This document shows positions 36,365-49,809 of a stretch of 64,000 bases of DNA, piece after piece. The notes beneath the pieces were generated by a model. That model did not search any database and was not told the DNA's origin. It saw only the letters and a list, made by a program, of their open reading frames with translations. The first letter of the stretch is position 1, and the number at the start of each line of letters is the position of its first letter. Origin of the DNA: Stegostoma tigrinum (taxonomy: Eukaryota). The position numbers were made by a program, and so were the translations under genes. The stretch spans positions 992,001-1,056,000 of the forward strand of contig NC_081396.1 in assembly GCF_030684315.1 (NCBI RefSeq). Direction: 5' to 3'.

Positions 36365-38700
36365 AGCCTAACTTTGTAAAAGATCTTAAAGTAAGGGAAC
36401 GCTTAGGAGGCAGAGATCATAATTTGGTAGAGTTCAGTCTGCAGTTTGAAAGAGAAAAGGCAAAATCCGATGTAATGGGGTTACAGTTAAATAAAGGTAA
36501 TTAGAGGGGCAGGGGAGCGGAATTGACGAAAATCGGCTGGAAGCAGAGCCTAGCGAGGAAGACAGTGGATCAGCAATTGCAGGAGTTTCTGGGTGTAATT
36601 GAGGACTCAGTGCAGAGGTTGATCCCAAAGAAAAGAAAGATTATCCGGGGTGGGATTAGACAGCTATGGCTGACAAAGGAAGTCAGGAAATGTATCAAAG
36701 AAAAAGAGATAGCCTATAAAATGGCCAAGGGCACTGGGAAATCAGAAGATTGGGAAGGTTACAAGAACAAACAGAGGATAACAAAGAGAGGAATAAGGAA
36801 GGAGAGGATCAAATATGAAGATAGGCTAGCTAGTAATTTTAGAAATGATAGTGAAAGTTTCTTTCAATGCATAAGAAACAAACGAGAGGCAAAAGTAGAT
36901 ATTGGACCGCTCCAAATTGATGCTGGAAGGCTAGTGATGGGAGATAAGGAAATACCTGAAGAACTTAATAAGTTCTTTGCGTCAGTCTTCACAGTGGAAG
37001 ACATGAGTAGTATCCGAAAAATTAAGGACAGTCAGGGGACAGAGTTGAGTATGGTAGGCATTACAAAAGAGAAAGTGCTAGAAAAGCTAAAAGGTCTAAA
37101 AATTGATAAATCTCCGGGCTCCGATGGGCTACATCCTAATGCTGCGAGGGAGGTGGCTGAGGAAATAGTGAAGGCTTTGGTCGTGATCTTTCAAAAGTCA
37201 CTGGAGTCTGGGAAAGTCCCAGATGATTGGAAAATTGCTGTTGTAACTCCTTTGTTTTAGAAAGGGTCAAGGCAAAAGATGGAAAATTATAGGCCAATTA
37301 GCCTAACCTCGGTAGTTGGTAAAATTCTAGAATCCATTTTCAAGGATGAGAGTTATAAATTCCTGGAAGTGCAGGGATCAGATTAAAACAAGTCAGCATG
37401 GTTTTAGTAAGGGTAGGTCGTGTCTGACAAACCTGTTAGAATTCTTTGAAGAGGTAACAGTTATGTTAGGCCTGGGAAACCCAGTAGATGTTATCTGTCT
37501 AGACTTCCAAAAGGCCTTTGATACAGTGCCTCATGGGAGGCTGCTGAGCAAGGTGAGGGCCCATGGTGTTCGAGGTTAGCTACTGACTTGAATTGAGGAT
37601 TGGCTGTCTGACAGAAGGCAGAGAGTGGGGATAAAAGACCCTTTTTCGGAATGGCAACCAGTGACAAGTGGTGTCGCGCAGGGTTCAGTGTTGGGGCCAC
37701 TGCTGTTCACTTTATATATTAATGATCTGGATGAAGGGGCTGGGGGCATTCTGGCGAAGTTTGCCGATGATACGAAGATAGTTGGACAGGCAGGTAGTAC
37801 TGAGGAGGTGGGGAGGCTGCAGAAAGATTTAGACAGTTTAGGAGAGTGGTCCAGTAAATAGCTGATGAAATTCAACGTGAGCAAATGCGAGGTTCTGCAC
37901 TTTGGCAAAATAGAAAACAGGCATAGACTATTTTCTAAACGGTGAGAAAATTCGTAAAGCAGAAGTACAGAAGTAGAAAACAGGCATAGACTATTGGGAG
38001 TGTTGGTCCAGGATTCTTTAAAGGTAAGTAGAGTCTGTGATTAAGAAAGCGAGTGTTACATTGTTGTTTATTTCAAGAGGGTTGGAATATAAAAGCAGTG
38101 ATGTGCTTCTGAGACTTTATAAAGCTCTAGTTTGGCGCCTTTTAGAATACTGTATCCAATTTTGGGTCCCACACCTCAGGAAGGACATACTGGTGCTGGG
38201 GTGTGACAAGCGTAGATTCACACGGATGATCCCTGGAAAGGTAGGTTTAACATTTGATGAACGGCTGAGGATCCTGGGATTGTATTCATTAGAGTTTAGA
38301 AGGTTGAGGGGAGATCTAATAGAAACTTACAAGATAATGTATGGTTTAGAAAGGGTGCAAGCTCTGAAGTTGTTTCCGTGAGGTGGGGAGACTAGGACCC
38401 GTGGGCACAGCCTTAGAAATAGAGGGAGTAAATTAAAAACGGAACTGAGGAGACATTTCATCAGCCAGAGAGTGGTGGGCCTGTGGAATTCATTGCCAAG
38501 GAGCGCATTGGGGGCCGGGATGTTAAATTCCTTCAAGGTAGAGATTGATAATTTCTTGATCTCATAAGGAATCAAGAGCTAACGGGAGAGTGCAGGGAAG
38601 TGGAGCTGAAATGCCCATCAGTCATGATTAAATGGCAGAGTGGACTCGATGGGCCAAATTGGCTTACTTCCACTCCTGTGTCTTATGGTTTTTTGGTTTT
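36365..38700 (+). mobile_element. CR1 LINE, 5'-truncated, degenerate ORF2
   Basis: Fragmented ORFs with KSPGSDG, QHGFSKGRSCLTNLLEFF, DFQKAFD, QGSVLGP and FADD. Same subfamily as 58602-61915. Confidence 0.93.
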
Positions 38701-39041
38701 TGGGGGCATTTCGGGGGCACAGATTAACCAGCGAAAAGCAATACTTGAGTCAATTGGAAATTGCGGCAGAAAATGAAGGAGCCTTGTGAGTAACAAAACT
38801 TGGAACCTGGGGGATTGTTTATCATGAGAGAAACCAATGTGTCAGAATACTCAGTTCTCCAATTCATGAATAGTGACTGTTACCCAGCTCTGAATGTGTT
38901 AATTCTATGACAGCCAGTGTTCCTCCAACAAAAAGCATGAGCTGGAACATCGGGAGAGACTACAGCATCCGTTTATTGGCACGGGTTTTAAATGGGTGTC
39001 TGCAAGTGTTCGACTGCCCAGTTACACAGAGGATGGTGACA

Positions 39042-39428
39042 ATGTTGCTACTTAGTAGCTGAGTTTTCTGGAGACCCATTCAAACAGGAAAATTTCGAGG
39101 AAATATTGATCACAATTCTTTGTCAAATTACATGATAAACCACTTTTAGCCAGGTATATTACAAATGATAATTGATTTACAGATCTGAGTCATGGAAATT
39201 CTCTAACTCAGTCATTCTACTCAGATCCTCAGAGAGACGGAGAAGAAGTGACTCTGCGCTGTACCTAGCATATGACATGGAGCAAGCATGCGTTATTCCA
39301 GTACCGATAACACATAGGCGTGCAACTCATATATATACTGAAGAAAGATGTTACCAATAAAATACATTAAGTAGATTTTTCTACTGAACACTTAGCAGAT
39401 CTTTAGACAACGAAAAAATAATCACCAG
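39042..39428 (+). pseudogene. TCR V pseudogene (main family), 3' truncated
   Basis: Leader MLLLSS*, donor lost. DLSHGNSLTQSFYSDPQRDGEEVTLRCT*... with several stops and no RSS. Confidence 0.85.
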
Positions 39429-39524
39429 GGGACAAAACAGCATCATCATTTGGCCACCCTCTTACTAACAGTACTGCATGTGAATTATATGTTTCAGTCT
39501 GTGATAGCTTTTGATGTTTTGTCA

Positions 39525-39830
39525 TAACAGACATAACACCAGCCGGAGACTGAAGTGACAGCAATGGTCAGAGAGAGTGTAAATCATTCGTGCTCCTACA
39601 GAGACAGGGCGGGTGTGAGTGCCTGTCTGCCTGGTACGTGCTGCTTGGCTCCCAGAGCTCCCAATATATTCTCATCCACTGTATGGTCAGCTTGATTGGC
39701 AGTGCCACATTTGCCATAAAACGTTTTCCATTTTCTCTTGCAAAAACCTATCAAACTGTCAGTCTCCCCGTCTCAAAGACATTGTCTGAGGATTCTTTGG
39801 AATATTGCTTTTCTCCTCTGTGAAAACTGA
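39525..39830 (+). pseudogene. TCR V pseudogene of a different family (family E)
   Basis: QPETEVTAMVRESVNHSCSYRD../.AWYVLLGSQSSQYILIH...SATFAIKRFPFSLAKTYQTVSLPVSKTLSEDSLEYC. Confidence 0.75.
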
Positions 39831-42439
39831 GGGCTTTTTATTCCTTACACCGGCACCTTTGGTACTCCACACCTGACCACCTCTGTAATCTCCACACTGA
39901 CCTGCTCTGAAATCTCCGCTCTAACGAGCACTATTATTGCTGCTGATTATCATTGTAATACGCACGCTGATACTCTCCAAAATCCCATCTTTAACGAATT
40001 CTGTCATCCCAAGCTGTAAAATCCGCAGTCCAAGCACTGGCATTTTTTTTAAAACACCAACACTGAATATATCTGTTCCCTCCACACTGACTCACTCTTT
40101 ACTTGCCACATGGATTTGCTCTGCATTCCAATAAAACTGCCACTGGAATCCCTTAACTGATAATCTCTGTGATTCGCACACTGACACATTCTGTTATCAG
40201 AATACATGAGCAGCTGGTCCTATGCCCAACATGATTCACTCTGTAGTCCCGACAATGAACGCAGCTGTCGATCTCACTTTAACTTCTGTGTTATCGCCGT
40301 ACTGACCAATTGTGTGCATTGAAACTGAGTCTTTCTCTGAGTCTCAAGCAGTAACTCTCAATTCCGACTTTTAAATTAGCGTTGATAATGAAATGGTGCT
40401 ACTACACAGTACCCCACGGGTGAGCTGGACTTTGTGTATTTACATCAGACATAGATTTTAGGCGATCAATGACTTGTGTTCTCAAACCAACCCTCCCTCC
40501 TGCCGATTCATAAACATTTGTGTCAGAGAATCAGAATCTAACAATCCACAAAACTGTTTTGTGTATGAGTGACTGGAGGGCAGATTGTCTCATTTAGTGC
40601 AGCCTCATGAAGGATGATGCTGCAGAGGCCTATTGCTCACCTTCTTGCTTTCTTATCCCCTGCGTATCTCAAATTACTTTCCCCTCAAGTTTTAAGAGTT
40701 TATCAATTTCTTTGTTAATTCCCACCCCGAGGAGAGGAACATGAGCCCGAGTCACACTGGCTTAATTACTGCTGTTTTACATTACTAGTTGCACAGTCGA
40801 AGATGACATTAACTCAGCCAGAGGCTGATGTAGGGATCCCCCGACAGTCTTTGGACTGACTTGTTAAACCAACGGGTTCAGAGCCGAAAACTATACCATG
40901 TGTTGGTGGAAACGGCGGCCTGGGAATGGCTTGAAATTGTTAATTTGGCACTACAGAGAAAACAGAAAAAGAAAACTCCAGAGTTTAAAGAACGAGTGAA
41001 TACTTCCAAAGACCATTCAGAAAATAACTTCTCTGGATGTCAGAACATTGAGCATATGTGACAGCACAACATATTATTGTACAGGGCACAGAAAAACTGA
41101 CAAAACAAAAAAAAACACAAGAGGAAATGTTGTTTTCCCCTCGATTCTCAAAGCACAAATTGGCTCATAACTGTCAGTGGCTCAGCTATTTAGACCAGTG
41201 TGAACTGATAAAGGAAATCTGTCTAATCTGCATATTTTTGCAGGTGACTCATCTTCTGCTTCATAATATCTTCACCACTACTTCCTTCACAGAACTGGCA
41301 GTTTGAAATATATTTATGTTTTAGCTTTCTCTAAGAATTGCTTTTCTTTCCTTTTTTGCCAGTAATTCACTTGCGAGCCTCAAAGAGTTTTTCATTGTTC
41401 AAAGAGAACATGACTGATCCAATAATATTCAACTGCACATTTCTGCGTTTACTCCAGAAGCTTTGATTCCCTCTTTTTTGAAACGACATCTTTTATTCAG
41501 CCTTGAACATACAGAGGACTTCACAATCAGTTGTACATAATTCCACAGATTCCTTCCTGTCTGGGTAAATATCCCCCTCAATCCTCTCTTAAATTTGCGA
41601 CTGCGAACTCAAAGATTACGACTTCTATTCAGAAACTCTTCCACGGGGAGAAACAACATTTATGTTTCTGCGGTGTCAGATATTAATTGTACACTTTTGG
41701 TACACGTGGGATTGAAATTGGTACTTCGTCATCAACAGTAGGGACACTACCAAAACGTCACATTCTACGCCCCGCCCCAATCACAACTGTGGCTCGTGCA
41801 TATACCGAAAAAAAAATCAGGGTGATAAGCAAAAAGTATGTTTCTCATTGTCAATTTTCTGCAGAATTCCAGTTTTAATTTAGTGGTGTTCTAATGCGAT
41901 TGGTTCCAGACTAGAATGTCCAGGGGTAGAGGTAAATGACTGGTCTGGTAAGAGATATGAAGAAGTGAAGAAATTAGGACTTTTCACCGCCTTAGGGAGA
42001 CAGGTGAAGTTCATCTGTCGTCGACGAGAATCTAACTTTCAACCTATCTTGGCGATCAAACCGACTAAAGTTGTGAGATCTGTTCAGTGTTTACAAAATA
42101 TCCCTGATCCAAAAACTCCCTCTTGGCAAACACGCACTCTAGCAAAGGTGTGACTTCTGGAAATGGCATTGGAGATGCAGAAATCAATTTTCAGTATGAT
42201 GGACAGGTGAACAAAGAAAAGCAGAGAATGAAAGAAATATTAAAATATCACCAGTAAATTGATGCATGCTAACTTGACATGGGAGTGGGAGGCAGAAAAG
42301 TCTTATACTGGACTTGATGACTGTATTGGACTGTACGAGTTGATCTGCTTTCCGTTTGAATGGTGTGGTGTGCTGCTGTCCTCCATATGAGGCAGTCCAA
42401 AATGAGTATAGTCTTCTGAAAAAAACAGTGGATGCTGTA

Positions 42440-42865
42440 AATCAGAAACATGAACAGAACTTTCTTGAAAACCCCAGTAACGCTGGCAGCAACTGTGGAG
42501 AGAAATTAGAGTTAACGATTCATTAATAGATAGTAGGATATGCAGATGCTGGAGAATCTGAGATAACAAGGTGCAGAGCTGGATGAACACAACAGCCCAA
42601 GCAGCATCAGAGGAGCAGGAAAGCTGACGTTTTGGGATGAGCCACTTCTTCAGAACATCATTTCCTGAAGAAGGGTTTGGCCCAAAATATCAGATTTACT
42701 GTTCCTCTGATGCGGCTTGGCCTGCTGTGTTCATCCAGCTCTTCACCTTGTTATAACGTTTCATTAATGTTAGTTCTGAGGAAGGGTCACTCAACCCAAA
42801 ATGTTAACTCACATATATCTCCACAGATGCTGAAGTTTCGCAGCAATTTTTGTTTTTGTTTCTGA
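42440..42865. repeat. Nested palindromic repeat (Penelope-like/MITE-like) with decayed hammerhead-like cores
   Basis: Inner inverted repeat 42563-42754 inside outer inverted arms. CTGA(A/G)GAAGGG..CCC(A)AAA motifs at 42665 and 42776, and on the minus arm. Confidence 0.6.
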
Positions 42866-44152
42866 GCAGCATCCTTCTCTAGTGTAGGATGGCACATCAA
42901 CTTGTAGAATGCAGCATCTTATTGCTTTCAACAGACAGGAGAGAAGCAGGGGAAATGATTGTGAGGCTTGTTTGTTATTTCACTCATTATCATCTATCTG
43001 GACAATATATTCTGTGAGCAAGACCAACTGCTTTTGAATTGACATTAGAACAGTGAAACAACGTTGCAGATGAAGGTTTCTAAAATTTTAAACGTGTTTC
43101 CAATGAGACACTGAGACAGGCAGAACAATACAGTGTGGACCTGAGAACACACCAACACGCATGTACAAATACAGCAAACCAAAACATACAAATAAACATT
43201 CATACAGCCACATACACATGAACAGGTACAGCAGAATGTGTTATTANNNNNNNNNNNNNNNNNNNNNNNNNNNNNNNNNNNNNNNNNNNNNNNNNNNNNN
43301 NNNNNNNNNNNNNNNNNNNNNNNNNNNNNNNNNNNNNNNNNNNNNNNNNNNNNNNNNNNNNNNNNNNNNNNNNNNNNNNNNNNNNNNNNNNNNNNNNNNN
43401 NNNNNNNNNNNNNNNNNNNNNNNNNNNNNNNGCTATGGCATTATTCAAAGGTACATTGAGCCCAACTCCCTGAGGAGCCTGTTTTAATGAGCCAAAAAGA
43501 AAAAAAAAACAAGGAAAGAGAGTGAAAAGAAACTGAAGATATCTAAGGGGGAGTTAAAAAAAATAAGCATGATAATCTTGACCACAAGAACAGAAAAACA
43601 GCAACAGAAGGTCTCAATGAAGCAGAATCTGACAAATATAATAGCAGAGATGCCGCTGACTAAAGGTTGAGATTAAGTTTTATGATGTGGGAGATTTATT
43701 TTGAATGACTTTGCTTTGAGAAAGGGCAGTTTGTTGGTCCACAAGGATGAAGTGAGGGCTATGAATCCCGTGGATGGTATTACGGAGAAAATTCAGTTCA
43801 CCCATTCACATGTCTATCATAATAAATGACGTCAACTGGGGATAAGTGCAAGCAAAAGAACAGATTCTGCAGAGTAAATGTGCTGGGAATGTGGGAACTT
43901 GCTTATCTGGAATCAAAACCGTGCTCTCAGAATGCTTAGTGTCCAACTATTAAGAACAGTGACTTTAACTCTGCTTGGGGGCTGCCAAATCAGTTCGAGA
44001 CAGCCCTCCTTATTCCAACATCTCAGCATCACACCAAGAAAAAGCAGTGAGGTGGATGCATCCACATTAAGACAAGCAGCATATTGTAGGCGGGGTTACA
44101 GAATGGGTGTCATCAAATATCTGGCAGCCGCCCTATGCCAAGGACAGAGGCA

Positions 44153-44605
44153 ATGTGGCTGCTCAGCATCTGGGTTGTGTTGGTCACATTTCTAACGGGT
44201 AAATGTGGAAGAAATGGAATTCATATTCTTTTATTAAATCATATATTTAATTGATGTCAGCCTGACATTGTGCAATTAATATCTATTTTCTCTTTCAGAC
44301 CTGAGTCGTGGAGATTCAGTCACTCAGTCACTCTCTTCAGATGTTCAGACGGAGGGAGCGGCAGTGACTCTAAGTTGTAACTATGAGACTACAAAGAGCT
44401 CTTATTGGATATACTGGTACCGGCAGTACCCAGGCACGCAGCCCGATTATATACTGAGGAAAAGTACTGGAGGCAATGAGGATAAGGCAGATTTTGCGAA
44501 AGATCGTTTCTATGTAGAGCTTCAAAAATCGAAGAAACTCACCAGATTCACTATCACTGGATTAGAGCTGAGCGACACTGCTGTGTATTACTGTGCTCTC
44601 AGGGA
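44153..44605 (+). CDS. TRAV/TRDV: TCR alpha/delta V gene, apparently functional (leader 44153-44198, V exon 44299-44605)
   Basis: Leader MWLLSIWVVLVTFLT/G. DLSRGDSVTQ...TLSCNY...IYWYRQYPG...DTAVYYCALRD is open. Confidence 0.95.
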
Positions 44606-44644
44606 CACAATGATTGCAAACAGTCTCACTCTTTTACAAAAACT
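44606..44644 (+). promoter_or_regulatory. 23-RSS
   Basis: CACAATG + 23 nt + ACAAAAACT. Confidence 0.94.
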
Positions 44645-46164
44645 GTCTTTGCACCATAGATTGCTCTATCTGTGATGTTTTCGCAGAATTTTGGGAAGTT
44701 ATTATGTGCTGTCAGGGGTTTAAACACACACTAAGAGGAAGCCAAACTAACCACGCATCAAACTGTCAACCAACGATTTCCCTTAGCTGATGAGAAAATA
44801 AAATGCATATTCTGAACTTGAACGTAGACGCTGGACAGTGACATGTTTGAACACACCGGTTCCAATTGTTGTCCACTGCAGGTTGCTGTCCCATAACTTG
44901 GAGACGGTGAGCTGTCAGATATCGCTCTTTCTTCACGATTCAGATCCACACCTTCACCACAAAGGAATGAGGTTCACCACAAAGGAATGAGGTTTGAACA
45001 TACGAAAACACAACATCAATATAGCGGGGCGGAGTTTTAGAATGAGAGCCACTGAAGGTGCCAAATCGATTGGATTGAAGGAATGCTGAAGTAATGCTTT
45101 GATCACCAATGTGATTACAGAAAAGTGCTTATCTGTTTACATCACAACCTGGCAGTAGCTTCGCTGCAGTGTGTGTCTGCATGCATGTCTGTACATGTTA
45201 GCGTCTGTTTTTGTGTGTTTGTGAGTATGTTTTTCTCCATGCATCACGCTCATGCAGCAACACCTATCATTATCTGTGAGTGTGTGATTCTATCTCTACA
45301 ATGGATGGTAGTTGGCGGAGGTGTTATTCAAAATTAAGAAAGTAAAGCCTCTGTGGATTTTTTCATCAGTTAGTGTTTAAAGTGATGAAAAGTCACACCC
45401 TGCTGGCGCCCTGCATCTATTGCAATTATGAACTTTCGAACATTAAGGGAGAATCAGTCAAAAGGTGAGCTGCAGTAGAAGCACCATCGAATCTAAAAGC
45501 AGCACGAAAACGTACACAGCATTACTGTGAGTATTTTGGACATGGTCACTATGAAAAATATGGAGAGGATTAGCATGGAGAATAAAGAGATGGTCATTGT
45601 TAACAGAGAAGGCATGAAACCACGTAACATCATTGCTGACAATTGTGGTGTCTTCAAATGCTTCTGCATATGTCGTCTATCAGTCTATTTTTGGTCTGTG
45701 TGCACAGCACCCGTTCACCAAAATACCTGCCTGTCTATCTTTCTATCTAGCAGTCTCTCTGTTTGTCTGTAATCTTGGCTTTCTATCTATCTGTCTGTCA
45801 ATATGTATATATCTATCTATTTAAATCTCTATCTAACCATCTGTCAATCTATCTACTTGTTTGTCTGTATATCTATCTATCAATCACTCTCTATTACTCT
45901 ACATATGTACATTACAGTTTACCTGCATGCATGTCTATTTATCAGACAGTGTTTCTTTCGGTTTCTTATTCTATGCACTTTTCTCAGCCTGTCCCTCTGT
46001 GTACCATACTATCCATGTTTGTTCTTTCAACTGTTTGTACGTCGACTCACATTCCACTGCACTTAATCATGTTGAACAGTGCCTTGTAAAATACCGGGAA
46101 TTCTCATCGCTCACAGACTCCACATTCAGATCCCTATCTAAAGGCATTGTTCCATTAAATTTAG

Positions 46165-46480
46165 CACTGTGAGTATGCTTCTGTTGCAGAAAGGTTTTTT
46201 TTTGAGAAACCTCGTGCAACATCTGTTGAACCGGCTAAACTTCCAACTCTGAAGGGTTTGACCAGAAAAGATGTGAAGCGACTTCTGGCAAATGTGGAAC
46301 TGTCACTGAAGCCGTCTGTATGGTTGATGACAATATATTGGTGTCGAAGGGAGAGAGTCAGCCAGTACTATGACAGGAAAGCACTCTCCCCATCTGTGCA
46401 GAAACAGAGGAGAGTGTGACTCTCTGCAATATTCATGTCATCTTTACTTCTGACTTATCAGTGAGCAGTTTGGACAGGGT
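46165..46480 (-). pseudogene. V pseudogene (family E), inverted copy
   Basis: Minus strand VTLS..LS*Y..HQYIVI..TDGFSDSSTFARSRF, with heptamer CACAGTG at 46171-46165. Homologous to the 39.6 kb relic. Confidence 0.7.
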
Positions 46481-46968
46481 CCCAAAAGGACAGGCAGGCA
46501 TTGTATTTGGAAGACTTTCTTCCACAGTAGATTGGAGAAACGAAATAGTCGTTCCTCACATGATCGAAAGAAAAGGCAAGGAAGAATTGACGAATTTTGT
46601 TTTGACATCGACATTTTATATGGCTGAGGATTTGGCACGCTAATGGATTGTTAGAATCATAAGAATGTAATACGAGGGTACAGGAAAAAGTTAATTGGGA
46701 CTTAATGGCATCCTCTACCATTGAATAAGATTATGGAGTTTCCAATCAAATTGAAGTTGAATTCAAACACAAAGAGGAAACCTGAAAAAAGACAGAGTGA
46801 ATGTCAAACTCAAACTAACGAGAGTGAGGTAACAGCACAGATGAATAAAATACCTGAGAGCGAGATTGACACGTATGAGGTATGAGGTACAAGTAGAACT
46901 GAAAATGAAATCATGACAGTGAACTTCTACATAATTGTACAAACTTTATGTCTCTCTCTCGCTCACAG

Positions 46969-47037
<69 letters not shown>

Positions 47038-47755
47038 TGGTGCTGCTGTCTAAGGCAGCTGCTATGACATTATTCAAAAGTACATTGAGTCCATTTCCAT
47101 GAGGTGCCTGTTTTCAATGATTCAAAAAAGAACAGGATCGGAGTCGAAAGAAAGTTAAGATATGTGAGGGGAAGCAAAAAATGTAAGTGTGATAATCTTG
47201 ACCGCACGAACAGAGAAACAGCAACGGAAGATCTCAGTGAGGTGGATTCTGACAAACATATTATGAGTCATACCTCTGCAATTAAGTTTTATGCTGTGGG
47301 AGATTTAAATTGAATGACTTTGCTTTGAGAAGTGGCTGTGTGTTTGTGAACAAGGATGACGTTGGAGGTGTAAATCTCGTGGATGGTATTACTGGGCAAC
47401 TTCAGTGCACCCATTAACATGTCACAAGCCACATCAACTGGGGATAAGTGTAAGCAAAAGAACAGATTATGGATAGTAAATGCGTTGGGTATGTGGGAAA
47501 TTGCTTATTTGGAATCAAAAGCGTGCTCTCAGAATGCTCAGTGTCCCGTATTTAGAATAGGGACTTTAACTCAGCTTGGGGGCTGTCAAATCACTGAGAG
47601 TCAGCTCTCCTTCTCGCAACATCTCAGAGTCACTACTAAGAAAAAGCAGTGAGGTGGCAACATCCACATTAAGATAATCAGGATATTGAAGGCAGGGTTA
47701 ACAGAATGGGTGTCTTCAAATATCTGGCAGCTCCACTATGCCAAGGACAGAGGCA

Positions 47756-48246
47756 ATGTGGTTGCTCAGCATCTGGGTTGTGTCGGGCACATTTCTAACA
47801 GGTAAATGTGGGAGAAATGAAATTCACATTCTTTCAACAAATCATATATTTAATTGATGTGGGTCTAACATTGTGCAGTTGACATCTATTTTTTCTTTCA
47901 GACGTGAGTCGTGGAGATTCAGTCACTCAGCCGCTTGCCTCAGATGTTCAGACAGAGGGAGCGGTAGTGACTCTATGTTGCAACTATAAGACTACAGAAA
48001 GCTCTTATTGGATATACTGGTACCAGCAGTACCCAGGCAAGCAACCCGATTGTACACTGAGGACATATTCTGGAGGCAGTGAAGATCAGGCAGATTTTGC
48101 GAAAGATCATTTCAAGTAGAATTTCAAACCTCGAAGAAGTTCATCAGATTCACTGTCACAGGATTAGAGCTGACTGACACTGCTGTGTATTACTGTACTT
48201 TCTGGGACACAGTGATTGCAAACAGTCTCACCCTTTAACAAAAAAC
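47756..48246 (+). pseudogene. TCR V pseudogene (frameshift), paralog of the 44.2 and 51.9 kb genes
   Basis: Leader 47756-47801 and splice sites intact. A 1-nt deletion gives FK* at ~48117. RSS CACAGTG-23-ACAAAAAAC at 48208-48246. Confidence 0.92.
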
Positions 48247-48504
48247 TGTCTTTGCACCGTAGATTGCTCTATCTCTGATGTTTTCACAGAGTTTTGGGAA
48301 GTTATTATGTGCTGTCAGGGGTTTAAACACACACCAAGAGGAAGCCAAAATAAACTCGCATCAAACTGTCGACCAACTATTTCCTTGAGCTGATGAGAAA
48401 ATAAAATGCGTATTCTGAACTCTAACACAGACACAGGGCAGTGTCATCTATGAACACACCCATTCCAATTGTTATCCACTGCAGTTTGCTGTCCCATAAC
48501 TTGC

Positions 48505-49060
48505 AGACCATAAGACCATAAGTCCATGAGACACAGGTGTGGAAGTAAGGCCATTCGGCCCATCAAGTCCACTCCGCCATTTAAATCATGGCTGATGGGC
48601 ATTTCAACTCCACTTCCCTGCACTGTCCCCGTAGCCCTTGATTCCTTCTGAGATCAAGAGTTTTTCGATCTGTGCCTTGAAGGCATCTAACGTCCCGGCC
48701 TCCACTGCACCCCGTGGCAATGAATTCCACCAGCCCACCACTCTCTGGTTGAAGAAATGTCGTCTCATTTCCGTTTTAAATTTATCCCCTCTAATTTTAT
48801 GGCTTGCATACGGTTCCTCGTCTCCCTGCATAATGGAAACAACGTCCGAGCGTCTACCCCTACTCAGCCATACATTAACTTGAAAGTTTCTATTCGATCT
48901 CCTCTCAACCTTCTAAACTCCAATGAGGACAATCCCAGGATCCTTAGCTGTTCATCCTACGTTAAACCTACCATTCCAGGGATAATCCGTGTGAATGTCC
49001 GGTGGACACGCTCCAGGGTTAGTATGTCCTTCCTGAGGTGTGGGTCCCAAAATTGGACAC
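48505..49060 (-). mobile_element. CR1 3' fragment
   Basis: (CTTATGG)-type tail; KFKTEMRRHFF..RVV..WNSLP C-terminus. Confidence 0.9.
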
Positions 49061-49809
49061 AGTGAGCTGTCAGATATCACTCCTTCTTCAAGATTCAGAT
49101 CCACACCTTCACCACCAAGGAATGAGATTTGAGCATCCAAAAACACTATCGCTATGGATCAGGGGTGGAGTTTTAGAATGAGAGCAACTGAAGGTGCCGA
49201 TTCGATTAGACTGAAGGAATGCTGACTTAATGCCTTCAACACCATCGTGATCACAGAAAATTGCTTGTCTGCTTACATCACAANNNNNNNNNNNNNNNNN
49301 NNNNNNNNNNNNNNNNNNNNNNNNNNNNNNNNNNNNNNNNNNNNNNNNNNNNNNNNNNNNNNNNNNNNNNNNNNNNNNNNNNNNNNNNNNNNNNNNNNNN
49401 NNNNNNNNNNNNNNNNNNNNNNNNNNNNNNNNNNNNNTGTAGAAACTCACTGTCATGATTTCATTTTCAGTTCTACTTGCACCTAATACTTCATGTCAAT
49501 CTCGCTCTCATTTATTTTATTCACTGGTGCTGGTGAATCACTCTCGTTAGTATATTCAATGGCAGAGGATGCTCTAAAGTGCCAAATAACTTTTTCCTGT
49601 ACCCTCGTCATACATTCTTATGATTGTAACAATCAATTGGAGCGCCAAACCATCAGCCATATAAAATGTTGATATCAAAACAAAATAGCTCAATTCTTTC
49701 TTGCCTTTCTGTTCTATCATATGAGGATCGACAATTTATTTCTGCAATCTACTGTGGAAGAAAGTCTTTCAAATACAATGCCTGATTGTCCTTTTGGGAC
49801 CCTCTCAAA

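Noticed and set aside
45527-46172. Hydrophobic ORFs (also 50144-50636, 54193-54563, 30614-30895)
   Set aside because: Translations of GATA/TCTA satellites.
47902-48119. Extra cysteines (TLCCNY, PDCTL) suggesting a NARTCR-supporting V-delta
   Set aside because: The gene has its own leader and a frameshift, its functional paralogs lack these cysteines, and no NARTCR V-D-J unit lies upstream. Most likely pseudogene drift.
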